From a virus: a stretch of 64,000 nt of DNA. The translations under genes were made by a program, and so were the position numbers. The first letter of the stretch is position 1. The number at the start of each line of letters is the position of its first letter. Of this stretch, positions 1 to 9,770 are shown piece by piece. The notes under the pieces were generated by a model. That model worked only from the letters and a program-made list of their open reading frames with translations, searched no databases and was not told the origin of the DNA. The stretch covers positions 64,001 to 128,000 of IMG/VR virus record IMGVR_UViG_3300027970_000001; one strand, written 5' to 3'.

Positions 1-1120
1 CGCCGCCCTCGACGTGCTTGATGATGTTCTTGGCGATGGCGTTGGCCTGGTCGGAGAACGTGCCGAACTCGTGGTAGCCCACGTACCCAGGCTCGCCTCT
101 GCACGCCGAAAGACGAGTCTGTCGCTCGTGGCCCTCCTGGCAACGCTCCAGAACCCGGTTGGCTACGTCCAAGATGTTCTTGCCGGAGCGGTAGTTCTGC
201 TCCAGTGGGATGACCTTGGCGTTGTCCCAGCGCTTCTTGAAGTTGAGCAGCCGGTCAGGTGACGCGCCTCGGAAACCAAAGATGGTCTGGTATGGGTCTC
301 CGACCGCCATGTAGTTCCGGTGCGTCTCGCACAGGTACTCTGCCAGGACGTTCTGCGACTCACAGACGTCCTGAGCCTCGTCCTGCATGACGAAGTCCCA
401 TACGCCCTTCCAGCGCCCCCTGATGGTCGAATCGGAGAGGAGCCAGCAGACGTCGTAGAGCAGCTCGTCGAAGTTGACCCACTTGACCATCTTGGGCGGC
501 TGCCCCGGAAGCGCCAGCTCCATGCCCGACTTGCGGTACTTCTCGTACAGCTTGTAGGCGTCCAGTAGGGCGCCCGTGCTGTTGCCCGAGCCAACCACCG
601 AGGCGGCCATTTCGGCCAGTTTGTCGTCTTTCTTGCCCAGGGCTGCGAGCAGCGGGTGAGTTCCGATGAAGTCGTTCTTGACGGCCGAAGAGAACGACTT
701 GAAGGTGTCCCAGTCGACGTTGCCGTCGATCTGTCGTGCCACACCGAAGAATGCCTGCCTGGTGAACGCGCCCGAGCTGTCGAGCAGGACGTCGGGGTCG
801 CCGGAGCTTCTGTGGATTTCAAGGGCGAGGCTGTGGAACGTCCTGAACAGTCTGTCCGTGTCCACGTGGGGCAGCCGCTCGTTGAGCCGCTTGCCGACCT
901 CCTTGGCCGCCGCTTGAGAGAAGGACAGCACCAGGATGCGTTCTGGCCGGATGCCGTGCTTGTTGACCAGCGTGGCGACCCGCTCGACCAGCGCGCTCGT
1001 CTTGCCCGTGCCTGCCAGGGCAGAGACAAATAGGGGCCCGTAGGCGTGGTCGGCGACTAGCTTCTGCTCCGTGTTCAACGACGGGGCCGCTGGCTTCTTC
1101 TTGTTGCTCTTCGCTGTCAT
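1..1120 (-). CDS. UvrD/PcrA-like superfamily 1 helicase (runs off the left edge)
   Basis: My translation from ATG 1120 gives ALAGTGKT (Walker A), MQDEAQD, VGDPYQTIFGFRGA and LEQNYRS. It is absent from the ORF track because it has no stop in the window. Confidence 0.92.
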   Translation of the reverse strand, partial: MTAKSNKKKPAAPSLNTEQKLVADHAYGPLFVSALAGTGKTSALVERVATLVNKHGIRPERILVLSFSQAAAKEVGKRLNERLPHVDTDRLFRTFHSLALEIHRSSGDPDVLLDSSGAFTRQAFFGVARQIDGNVDWDTFKSFSSAVKNDFIGTHPLLAALGKKDDKLAEMAASVVGSGNSTGALLDAYKLYEKYRKSGMELALPGQPPKMVKWVNFDELLYDVCWLLSDSTIRGRWKGVWDFVMQDEAQDVCESQNVLAEYLCETHRNYMAVGDPYQTIFGFRGASPDRLLNFKKRWDNAKVIPLEQNYRSGKNILDVANRVLERCQEGHERQTRLSACRGEPGYVGYHEFGTFSDQANAIAKNIIKHVEGG

Positions 1121-1202
1121 TCACCGGGTCTCGACGATGCCATGTTGTAGGAAAGCCCCGGATTGCCTGCCGGGGCACAGGTCGCCTTTCGGCGGGTCTA
1201 CA

Positions 1203-2093
1203 TCACTGGATGGCACCGAGGTCGCGCAAGATCTTGGCGAGTCCTGCGACCCGCTTGTAGGAGGTCCTCTCCCCCAAGATCCAACGGACCACAGCCTGCG
1301 ACTCGGGCGGAAGCTCCGTGAACCGGTCGTGGTCCGCCAGCTTCTTGAGCATGTTGCGCCCGATGGGCGCTCCACGCGCTTCCCCGTTGCTCTTGCCGCT
1401 CGTTCGCTCGGACCGCTGGCGCCGAGCCTCGCTCGTGGAGATGGTGACGCCAAGCTCACGGGCCTGGGCCAGGCGAGCGTCCTGGTCTTCGTGTGACAGG
1501 TCGGAGAAGGCGATGGCCGCGCTGGGCGTCAACACCCCATCCTTGACGGCCTTCTGCATGTCAGCCGAAAGCTCGGTGAGCTTCAGCCACTGCCTGACGG
1601 CCTCTGTCGTAACCCCGAACGCAACCGCGACCTCACGCTCGGTGTGGCCACGCGACACCATCCGCTTGGCCTTCTCGGAGCGCGTGAGCGCGTCGTCCTG
1701 CGTGCGGACGTTGTTCTCTGCTTCAATGACGCCGACCAGCATCTTCGGATCCATCTTGACGATGCTGTAGGGCACCTTGATGCGCGGCTGGTCGCTTCCA
1801 GATTCGTCCAGCAGCTTGTTGGCAGCCCGCGCCCACTTCACGCGCTGGCGACCGTACACGACCTCGGTGCGGCTCCCCTTGCCGACGGTGAACAGCCTCA
1901 CTCCGACGTCTTCGAGGATTCCATACGCAAGGACGTTCTGGACCGCCTCGTCTGAAACCTCCATCCGAGCCCGCTCATCGTAGAGAGGGTGATCGGGGCC
2001 CTCGTCGCCATCCAGGCCGACGATGTACAGGTTGGACGGATCCGCGTACGTGCGACCGCCCTTCGACTTCGCGCGCTCGGTGGATTCAGGCAT
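1203..2093 (-). CDS. ParB/Spo0J-family protein
   Basis: VVYGRQRVKWAR (ParB GxRR-like), ENNVRTQDD, then an HTH EREVAVAFGVTTEAVRQWLKL and GVLTPSAA. Confidence 0.8.
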   Translation of the reverse strand: MPESTERAKSKGGRTYADPSNLYIVGLDGDEGPDHPLYDERARMEVSDEAVQNVLAYGILEDVGVRLFTVGKGSRTEVVYGRQRVKWARAANKLLDESGSDQPRIKVPYSIVKMDPKMLVGVIEAENNVRTQDDALTRSEKAKRMVSRGHTEREVAVAFGVTTEAVRQWLKLTELSADMQKAVKDGVLTPSAAIAFSDLSHEDQDARLAQARELGVTISTSEARRQRSERTSGKSNGEARGAPIGRNMLKKLADHDRFTELPPESQAVVRWILGERTSYKRVAGLAKILRDLGAIQ

Positions 2094-2103
2094 CTTCTCC
2101 CCT

Positions 2104-2400
2104 TCAGAACTTGATCGTGACCTGCGCCGACAGCTTCAAAGGAAGCGGCTCGGCGCGAAGAACGATGACGTCCCCGCTTCCGCTGGCGTCAATGCCCGCC
2201 TTCGAGAGCACAGTGCCCACTTCCTTCTTCGAGTAGCACTTGTGAATCGAGTACGAAGACGCCCGCTTGAACTCGGGACCGTCGACAACCTTCACCGTCT
2301 CGTAGCTTGCCGGGATGGCAACCCAGATCGGCTTGCGCTTCTGAGAGCGCTTCTTCTTGGCGGCAGACTCGGTTGCCGCGACCACTTCGTTCTGATCCAT
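2104..2400 (-). CDS. hypothetical protein
   Basis: AAGGA SD, co-oriented and tightly packed. Confidence 0.6.
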   Translation of the reverse strand: MDQNEVVAATESAAKKKRSQKRKPIWVAIPASYETVKVVDGPEFKRASSYSIHKCYSKKEVGTVLSKAGIDASGSGDVIVLRAEPLPLKLSAQVTIKF

Positions 2401-2509
2401 CGCTTCGTCCTTGGCTATTTGCGGAGGTTTATCCGCGTGCCGAGCAACGTAGCGTCGAGATCAGGAATGGCAAGTCTTACTGACCAAACTCCAGAAACTT
2501 CGCCATCTT

Positions 2510-2707
2510 TTATACAAAGACGCCGTTCTTTCTTAGGAGCGATTTTAGGTTTTTCAGGCCCCTCCAATCGCTGGGACTGCTGGGCGCAACGATGAGCGGA
2601 ACTCTCTTGTCTGGCGATCTTAGCTGCCAGTGCCCGCCGTTGGTCTTGGTGACAGACCAGCCGGCCTTCTTTGCTGCGTCGAGGATCGCCTGGATGTCTC
2701 TGTTCAT
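2510..2707 (-). CDS. HicA-like mRNA interferase (no adjacent HicB)
   Basis: 65 aa, AKKAGWSVTKTNGGHWQLRSP...PSSPSDWRGLKNLKSLLRKNG; typical HicA-like pattern with the conserved His. Confidence 0.72.
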   Translation of the reverse strand: MNRDIQAILDAAKKAGWSVTKTNGGHWQLRSPDKRVPLIVAPSSPSDWRGLKNLKSLLRKNGVFV

Positions 2708-3258
2708 TCGGCTCCGATCCGACCCATGACCTCGGCAAGACGCTCGGCTGGCGTCCCCGGCATCAGCGGATACACGGGGACGTGCCCTGCCAGGCGGCAG
2801 CAGGCTTCGATCAGTCGGTCTTCGTACCTCTTGTGGTAATCACCGTCGGACACCCTGTCAGGGTCCCCGGCCGTGTCATGGAAGGACCCGATCGGGCAGA
2901 AGAACACGTGCGTGTAGATCTTACAGGCTTCGACCACCTCTTCGATGTACGCGTCGCTGGAGATCTCGGGGCAATGCAGCATCGAGTAGACGAGGTTGTC
3001 GAAGTGGGTGCGGTCCGTGACGAACGAGGCCCTGTCCATCTCCCACTCGCGCTTTTTGGAGAGCAGGAGCTTCTGGAACACCGGCCTCATGCCGGCAGAG
3101 TCAACGTCGTACGGCGAGCTGAAACCCAGGAGCTTGCAGACGGTGCGCGACCCGACGTCGCAGAAGTCGACCCCCAGCGCCTGGGCCAAAGGGACTGCCA
3201 CGGTGCTCTTGCCCGTGCCGGATGCGCCACAGAACGCCACGCGCACTTCCGACGCCAT
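2704..3258 (-). CDS. P-loop NTPase / nucleotide kinase (AAA_28-like)
   Basis: FCGASGTGKST and FVTDRTHFDNLVYS. Start placed at ATG 3258 (GGAGG SD, TAATG overlap). Confidence 0.75.
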   Translation of the reverse strand: MASEVRVAFCGASGTGKSTVAVPLAQALGVDFCDVGSRTVCKLLGFSSPYDVDSAGMRPVFQKLLLSKKREWEMDRASFVTDRTHFDNLVYSMLHCPEISSDAYIEEVVEACKIYTHVFFCPIGSFHDTAGDPDRVSDGDYHKRYEDRLIEACCRLAGHVPVYPLMPGTPAERLAEVMGRIGAE

Positions 3259-3545
3259 TACCCCTCCTCGGGGCGGCACAGCCAGACCGGCGTGTGCTCA
3301 CCCATCCACGCGCCCACCACATTGAACTCCATCCACTCGATGGCCTCTTCGTAGTCCATGCCCTGATCCATGAAGATCTTGACGCACTTCTCGTAGTCGT
3401 ACACGGCCAGCGTCGGCTGTCCACATCTCTTTGCGATACCGACAAGCGCCGCATCAAGCCCATCAGCGAAGAGAGCCTCCTCGTTCTCGTCGGCCAGCAT
3501 GTCGACCACAGGCCCCTTGTGGCGGGGCTCGTCCTGGGCGCTCAC
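3258..3545 (-). CDS. conserved phage hypothetical protein
   Basis: LFADGLDAALVG...AVYDYEKCVKIF...EEAIEWMEFNVVGAWMGEHTPVW, a pattern I recognise from uncultured phages. GTG start. Confidence 0.65.
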   Translation of the reverse strand: MSAQDEPRHKGPVVDMLADENEEALFADGLDAALVGIAKRCGQPTLAVYDYEKCVKIFMDQGMDYEEAIEWMEFNVVGAWMGEHTPVWLCRPEEG

Positions 3546-3823
3546 AGTCCCGCCCTCCGCAGCCCGTCGTCGATTGCCATGAGGCACGTCGCTTTGAGGC
3601 TCGGCAGCTTCCTGCGGATCTGCAAGGCCCTGAGGCGCTTGTACAGCGCCGCCGTAAGCTCGATGCCCACCGTCTTGGTCTTACCCTCCTCGGGCGGCTC
3701 GTTCTTCTGAGAACTCTTGCGAGCCTCCGCCGCCTTCTTCTTCTTGGCCGCGAGGGCGGCGGCAGCGTCATCGATGGACTTCTTGAAAGCTTCCTGGCTT
3801 CGGATCACCTGACTCAGCATCAT
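3542..3823 (-). CDS. small DNA-binding protein, ribbon-helix-helix-like C-terminus
   Basis: KTVGIELTAALYKRLRALQIRRKLPSLKATCLMAIDDGL. Confidence 0.5.
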   Translation of the reverse strand: MMLSQVIRSQEAFKKSIDDAAAALAAKKKKAAEARKSSQKNEPPEEGKTKTVGIELTAALYKRLRALQIRRKLPSLKATCLMAIDDGLRRAGL

Positions 3824-3933
3824 ATCAGCCCCCTGGCTTAGAGAAAAAAGAGGAACGAGACGTCACCATTAGCCATCGAAGACGGCTTGGCTAGTCCCAG
3901 CATTCGCACAAAATGTAACTACTACGGAGTTGT

Positions 3934-4350
3934 TTACTGCTTGTAAACAGCGTCTCGCACCCACAGCCCTGTGGCCGAGGTCACGACGACGGCGGCGGAT
4001 TCAATCTGACGCCACGGTTCCGAGCGAGAGACGAACCCCGCGTCTGACATGTGATCGTAGGTGACGGCGATCTCGCTGCCGGTGGTCCACCCGAGCACGT
4101 CGAGAGGGTCTTCGGAGTGCATGGCCAGCTCTCCCTCTGCGAAAGCATGGACGTTCTTGACCATCTCCCTCTTGGCGCGGGCCGCGCCCGAAGGCTGCAC
4201 GACAAACTTGACGTCCAAGATGACCGCGGCCGGAGAAACCGCCATCACCTTGCCGTAGGTCATGGGGCTGCTCCGGTCGAAGGCCATGATCGACCACATC
4301 CGATGCCCTCTGAACCCAGGGGAGAGGTTTCGGTAGAGGCGGACTCGCAC
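3934..4350 (-). CDS. conserved phage hypothetical protein
   Basis: VRLYRNL...WSI...VKFVVQPSG...KNVHAFAEG, a recurrent phage family pattern. Confidence 0.6.
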   Translation of the reverse strand: MRVRLYRNLSPGFRGHRMWSIMAFDRSSPMTYGKVMAVSPAAVILDVKFVVQPSGAARAKREMVKNVHAFAEGELAMHSEDPLDVLGWTTGSEIAVTYDHMSDAGFVSRSEPWRQIESAAVVVTSATGLWVRDAVYKQ

Positions 4351-4353
4351 CAG

Positions 4354-4590
4354 TCACTCCACGCTGTTGGTGATGTCCTGGTACCGGCCGTCCCTCGTGT
4401 CGTAGAGGCGGCGCCGGCCGCACACGTTGATCCAGTAGGTCCAGTCGCCGCCTTCGGCCTCGAACCGAACCTGTTCCCGAGGGCACCGGTGCTGCGTGGC
4501 GGCGACGCTCATCGTCCGGTCGATGGCGAGGTCTGTCAGCAAGCAGCTTCCGGCAAACGCGAAGGCGACCGGCACAAGCCTGAACTTCAT
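4354..4590 (-). CDS. small exported hypothetical protein
   Basis: Hydrophobic N-terminus MKFRLVPVAFAFAGSC. Confidence 0.5.
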   Translation of the reverse strand: MKFRLVPVAFAFAGSCLLTDLAIDRTMSVAATQHRCPREQVRFEAEGGDWTYWINVCGRRRLYDTRDGRYQDITNSVE

Positions 4591-4630
4591 ACCCACCCCT
4601 TTTGACAAGCTGCTTGACCGCAGCAAGGCT

Positions 4631-5050
4631 TCAGATGTCGGCGCCCATGCGGGACCGCGCCGCGCTGCACGTTTCCTCCGCGTTCAGGCTCAGCGCATCG
4701 TCGATGCACTGCCCCGCCCGCGTGCTGCTTCCGAGCTTACCAGCGACAGCCTCAAGAGCCCACCGTGCGCCACGCACTTCGGCCTCCGTTCGGCCGGCGG
4801 CGGAGGCAGCGAGCAGCTCGCTCATTTCCTTGAGCTTCTCGGAGAGCGTCCAGTTGTCCTCGATCGTGCCTTCGTTGAAGGCTTCGACGGCCCTGTCGAC
4901 GATCGATCGAGACTGGGCGTAGCTCTTCCATCGCTTCGCCCATGACCTGGCCGACTCCAGCGACGAGAGGAGCAGCTTCACGTCGGACTGGGTGACGGGC
5001 ACGTGGTTCTCGATTGCCAACCGGATTTCATTCTCGTCATCGCCCGTCAT
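4631..5050 (-). CDS. hypothetical protein
   Basis: Co-oriented ORF. Start uncertain (MTGDDENE). Confidence 0.5.
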   Translation of the reverse strand: MTGDDENEIRLAIENHVPVTQSDVKLLLSSLESARSWAKRWKSYAQSRSIVDRAVEAFNEGTIEDNWTLSEKLKEMSELLAASAAGRTEAEVRGARWALEAVAGKLGSSTRAGQCIDDALSLNAEETCSAARSRMGADI

Positions 5051-5227
5051 CGACGTTCCTCCCAGGCTCCCTGGTGCATGACTGACAGATCCCGCTCCCG
5101 CTGATATGGAGCCAGACCTCTTCGCTGCGACCTCCGCAGCGATCACACACTACCCCGTCCGCGCGGCTTGGTGACTTGGACTGACGTCTTTTGTCCCGCT
5201 CCAGGCGAACGTGGTCGATGTAGCCGT

Positions 5228-5779
5228 TCAAGCGTTGACCCTCCTGGCGATGGCGCAGACGGCGCAGTCGCACCCGGCAAGAGGCGATTGGCTAGACGGG
5301 GCCTTGGAAGCCTCGCATTCCGCCAGGCGGGCCCTGGCTTGATCACCATCAGCCTTCGCCGCCATCACGATGGACCTCACCAAAAACGGCGTCGCAGCAG
5401 GCTTTGAAGAGTCGAACGCGTCGCAGATGTCCTGCCCAGCCTTGCGCCAGTCAGACAGCTTGCGCTCGGACTCACGCATCCACTTGAGGTTGACACCCTT
5501 CCTGTCGCTGCGGCCCGTTCCCCAGCACAGGTCGCAAACGCCAGCCGTCATCGTCATCCCGCCGGCCCCTCCGCTGGAGCCAGATGAAGACGCGTAGGCG
5601 CTGGAGCCAGACCCCCTACACCTCTTGCACGAGATCCCCTTCAAAAGCCTGGCGATAATCGCAAGGTGCTCGGCGGCTTCCAGGCCGGCGTCCCCCTGGC
5701 GCTCAAAACTCTCCTCGTCCAGCACCATTCGCTTGGCCTGCTCGCACGCGTCTTCCCACACCTTGTGCGGCGTGCTCAT
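5228..5779 (-). CDS. hypothetical protein with two CxxCxGxG zinc-finger motifs
   Basis: CKRCRGSG and CDLCWGTG. Confidence 0.55.
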   Translation of the reverse strand: MSTPHKVWEDACEQAKRMVLDEESFERQGDAGLEAAEHLAIIARLLKGISCKRCRGSGSSAYASSSGSSGGAGGMTMTAGVCDLCWGTGRSDRKGVNLKWMRESERKLSDWRKAGQDICDAFDSSKPAATPFLVRSIVMAAKADGDQARARLAECEASKAPSSQSPLAGCDCAVCAIARRVNA

Positions 5780-6529
5780 TCGGACGCCCCATCGCCAAGC
5801 AGCTTTTGCACCTCGGCACGCAAAGCCTCCGCTTCCCACGCCGCCGCATCACGGTCGGCTCTGGCTTGGTGAAGCAGTCGCGTCGTCTCCCAAAGCACCT
5901 GGGAAGATTGGATCGCATGCGCGATGGCGTCCTCTCGGTCCCTGAGTAGCTTGAGCACGCGATCTTTGAGGCCATCTTCGGGATCGGCAGCCTCGTCAGC
6001 CACAAACTTGATGCCGTTCGTCACTCACCGCTCCCCTTCTTTGGCGACGCCCCGTAGGCCGCCCGCTTCGCTCCGTACGATACCGCCTTCAGCGTTTCCT
6101 TGATGACCTTCGAGCAGTCGGTGCAAAGCATCAGCCTGCCGTTTTCCCTGGCCATCGAAAGAGCATGGTTGGCGTCCGAAAACACCCACTCGTCTTTGGA
6201 GGCCCTGCCACACCATGTCTTCTTGGCGGGCAGAGCGCCCCCCTTGCCCGCGTCCGAGGACACCGCTGCGCAATGGACGTGGCTTGGACGCGTATCAGTG
6301 GGCCTCTTTCTGACAATCACCCTTCTCATCGACCTTCCCTGCGCTTCCTGTCCCGGCTGACCTCAAGAACAGAGTCCTCTGCCAGCTCCCTTGCCGACAG
6401 CATCTCCGCAATCGTCTCCGGCGCGAACGGGCACTTGCCCACCCACGGCATCACGGCCACGAGCCTTGCGAGGGGCTGGTCTCTCTCTCGACGGGCGTCA
6501 TCGCGCTCCGCTTTCAACTGCTCACTCAT
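5776..6529 (-). other. three overlapping small hypothetical CDS (5776-6024, 6021-6329, 6326-6529)
   Basis: Chain of 4-nt stop/start overlaps typical of phage operons. Confidence 0.55.
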
Positions 6530-7272
6530 CCCCAGAAGCCTCCGGTTTCACAAACGAGGCCCTTAGCCGACGTGCCGTCGAAGAGCGCGAGTTGCGCTCG
6601 TTCGCTGAGAGCCGCGGTCTTCGTGGTGTCACGCATCCGGAGACCGAGCTGGCAGTACTCCTCAGACCGCTCGATGCACACCGAGCGAACGCCATAGCGT
6701 TCGGCGACTCGTCCCGTGGTGAGGCTCCCGCCAAACGGGTCCAAGACGACGTCGCCGCGATTCAGGCGCGACACCAGCAGCTCGGGAAGCTCGTCGGGGA
6801 ACGGAGCAGTGTGTCCGTGCACGTTCTCGCCGCGAACCATCTTCATCACCGGCTGTTGCCGGAGGACGCGGCCGACCAGCTGGGCTCCGGCGTCGTCATG
6901 CTTGCCGTTGTGCTTGCCGTTGCCGTTGCTCTTCGACCCGTTGCGAGCGGGCTTTCTGAACACGAGGACATGCTCCCAGCAGTTGAACGGGGCCTGGTAG
7001 TACGGCGAGAAGTTCCCCGCATTGAAGCCCCGCTTCCCCTCGATGTCGCCTTTGTCCCAGACGACATTCCCGAGCAGGTCGAACCCGATGCGGCGGAAGA
7101 GATCGACGGTGTAAGCGGAGAGCACCATTCGCCGCTGGCCCATCGCCGAGAACACAACCGTGTTCTCGTTATCGAAGTAGTCGAACACGTTGTAGAGGTA
7201 GAGCGCGCCCGGCTTCAGCGTCCTGAACACCTCGGTGTTGATGTCGAGCATGTCGTGCAGGTGGCAGTACAT
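6526..7272 (-). pseudogene. N4/N6 DNA methyltransferase (beta class), N-terminally truncated
   Basis: LKPGALYLYNV, NVVWDKG, WEHVLVFRK, HTAPFPDELPELLV and VVLDPFGGSLTTG are present. The catalytic [DS]PPY motif is absent and an in-frame stop lies about 16 codons upstream of the ATG. Confidence 0.7.
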
Positions 7273-7477
7273 GTTGGGCCACGCTGGCGGCGCTCGGCGC
7301 GGAGGAGCCGGATCGACTCAAGCACGTCCTCGACGGTTCCAGGCGGCTCATGCCAATGACCCAGCGCACGCCAGATGATCAACAGATCGCGCTCGTGGGC
7401 GTTCGCGCAGTCCGAAAGCAGAAAGCGGAGCGGCTCTTCGGATTCACGTTGTGCAGGATAAGAGGCGACGTCTTCCA

Positions 7478-7783
7478 TCACTTGCCCTCCGGGCGACGCG
7501 ATTTCATTCGCGCGGACAACATATATTCGGCCATGCGCGAATGCTTCTCGTCACGGCTGTGCTCATGAGGAACAGCTCCGAACGGGCAAATCGCGTCGAA
7601 CGGCGAAAGCTCGACGTGCTCATCGGGACCGAGCGAGCGGAACCGCCCGCAGTTGACGCAGTAGTCGTCCTTGCAAGCTCCGCAGCCGCACTCGAAGTGC
7701 GAGGTCAGGTAGCACCCGCACCTTGGGCACGCGGGCTTGCAGACACTGATGTTCGCCGTGCGAGTCATTCCACGACCTCCCAA
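7478..7783 (-). CDS. Cys-rich hypothetical protein
   Basis: CPRCGC...CGCGAC...CVNCG. Confidence 0.45.
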   Translation of the reverse strand: MGGRGMTRTANISVCKPACPRCGCYLTSHFECGCGACKDDYCVNCGRFRSLGPDEHVELSPFDAICPFGAVPHEHSRDEKHSRMAEYMLSARMKSRRPEGK

Positions 7784-8010
7784 TCGTCAGAGAGCAGATC
7801 AGCCTGGGAGGCAAGCCATCCCGGCTGCATCGTGCTCTCCGCGGTCTTCATGCCGATGCACGACTGCATACGAAATCCGCCCGCTGTACTCGTGTGCATC
7901 GCGTTACCCGGATGGATCAGGACGATCCACATGCCTTTTCCGTTCCACCCGAGCCGCGCGACGCGACGTCCGTTCTTGAGAGCGTCCAGAGCCCTGCCGA
8001 AGTCCATCAC
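7765..8010 (-). CDS. tad2: Thoeris anti-defense Tad2 / DUF2829 family protein
   Basis: MDFGRALDALKNGRRVARLGWNGKGMWIVL...MQSCIGMKTA...PGWLASQADLLSDDWEVVE, the hallmark DUF2829 sequence. Confidence 0.85.
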   Translation of the reverse strand: MMDFGRALDALKNGRRVARLGWNGKGMWIVLIHPGNAMHTSTAGGFRMQSCIGMKTAESTMQPGWLASQADLLSDDWEVVE

Positions 8011-9655
8011 TTGTCCCCTTTTTCGAGGGACGCAGCCGCGAACCCCCGGTAGTACCCGTCAAGCTGCTTGGCAGACGGGTCGTCCAACGATCCGGCGACC
8101 ATATCGAACCCATCCGCGATCGCGCGCAGCGCGGCGCGCAGACGGTCGGTCTCGACGCGATCTGCATCGTGCTGCCGCGTCGACTCCTTGAGTCTCGCTT
8201 CGAGCATGAGCGCCTGTCGCTTGTGATGGTCGATCTCGCTCCGCGCCTCATAGAGATCGCGAGACGCTCGATCAAGGCACTCGTTGAGGCTCGCGAGGTC
8301 TTCGCGCCACGCCGCCGGAAGCTCGGCGTCGAGCTTTGCCTTGAGTTCGTCGCGCTCGCAACCGGTCGGCGGCTCCTCGCACGCCATCGACATGGACTCC
8401 TCCATGCTCTCGATGCGCGCCCTGAGCCGCGCCTGCTCGGCGCGCAGCAGGTCAATCTCGCCGAAGATAGAGGTGACGTAGCCTTCGAGCAGGCTGGCGT
8501 CTCCAAGGTAGGCCGCGTCAGCCGCGTGCCCCATGAACTCGTCGCGCGTCATCCGTCGTAATCCTCGTCATCGCGCAGCCACGCGCGCCCGTCGTCCACG
8601 ATCACTTCGAGCGGCGCACCGCACGCGCAGACGCCCGTGTCGCCCTCTTCCCACGTCGGATGCCCGCCGGGGTGTCTGGGAGGATAGGGCGGCATTTCCT
8701 TGCACGGATCGCCGCACCTCGGGCAGTCGAGGAGATTCCGCCAGCCGTCTTCGGTGTAGAGGATCATCCCTCGTGCTCCCCCTGTTCGATGCAGTTGGCG
8801 ATGGCGAGGGATGAAAGCATGAGGTGTTTCGCCCTAATCCATGCGACGATCCTCTGGCGCTCCATAAACGCCTCGTTGTGGACCGCTTGCTCCGCGTCGG
8901 CCTCAGCGTGCGCGAGGCGGGCTTTGAGTTCGTCACGAAGGAAATCGCGATCTTTGACGAGCTGCTGCACTTCGGCGGAAAGCGCTCGTTGCGCTTCGTC
9001 CCGTGCCCGGCATGCCTCCAAGTAGAGGCGCATGGCCTGGTCTCGCTCGCCCTTTGCTTGAGCAAGCCGCTTGTAGAACTCGTCCTCGTTCATCGGTCGC
9101 TCCTTGCGAGGCGCGTGAACAGCACGGTCGTGCAGTTGAGCCCGTCGTTGTTCAGGGGCCCCGCGTAGACCCGCCCGATTTCCAACAGCCGGTTGAGGAC
9201 CAGCTCGCGGTCGTTCTCCGTCTGCTCACGGCAGAAGGCGTACGTGTACGCCTCCATGTGAGGACCGCTCGCGGCGTCGCGCATGAAGCCGCATCCCGAA
9301 ACCAGAGCCGTTGCGGCGAAAGCCCACTTCTTCATGTTGTCCCCCACCTGTCCGTTCAGTTCGACTTGATGTCGCGGTCGATCCACGCGCGCAGAGCGTC
9401 GCGCTGCGCCCTGGTGTCCTTGAGGTCTTCGGCCAGCATGGCGACCTCGCGCTTCAACTCGTCCATCATCCGATGGGCCTCGTCCAACTCTTTCTGGGCG
9501 GCGGCCATGGCTTGCTGTAGACTGACGCCCTGTTCCGGCTTGTGCTCCATGCGGTCGAAGACGCCACGGACCACGGAGTAGTCGCCTGTCTGAAGGGCCA
9601 TGCGAACGAGGGCTTCGATGTTTGTCGCGTCGGTTGAATCCATGTCGAGCACCAT
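8007..9655 (-). other. five small hypothetical CDS (8007-8552, 8549-8767, 8764-9093, 9090-9335 lipoprotein-like, 9356-9655)
   Basis: ATGA overlaps; several are coiled-coil. 9090-9335 has a lipobox-like LVSGC. Confidence 0.55.
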
Positions 9656-9770
9656 TACACACGAGCGCCCAGGCGCATCTCATGTACTGTGAGTTGTCTC
9701 ATTTGTATCATTGTCAATAAGGTTCATTACCATCACCGATAGAACTAGGTTATAGCAGGTAGAGGTCCAG

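Noticed and set aside
2415-2738. HicAB toxin-antitoxin pair
   Set aside because: No HicB-like ORF is adjacent to either HicA.
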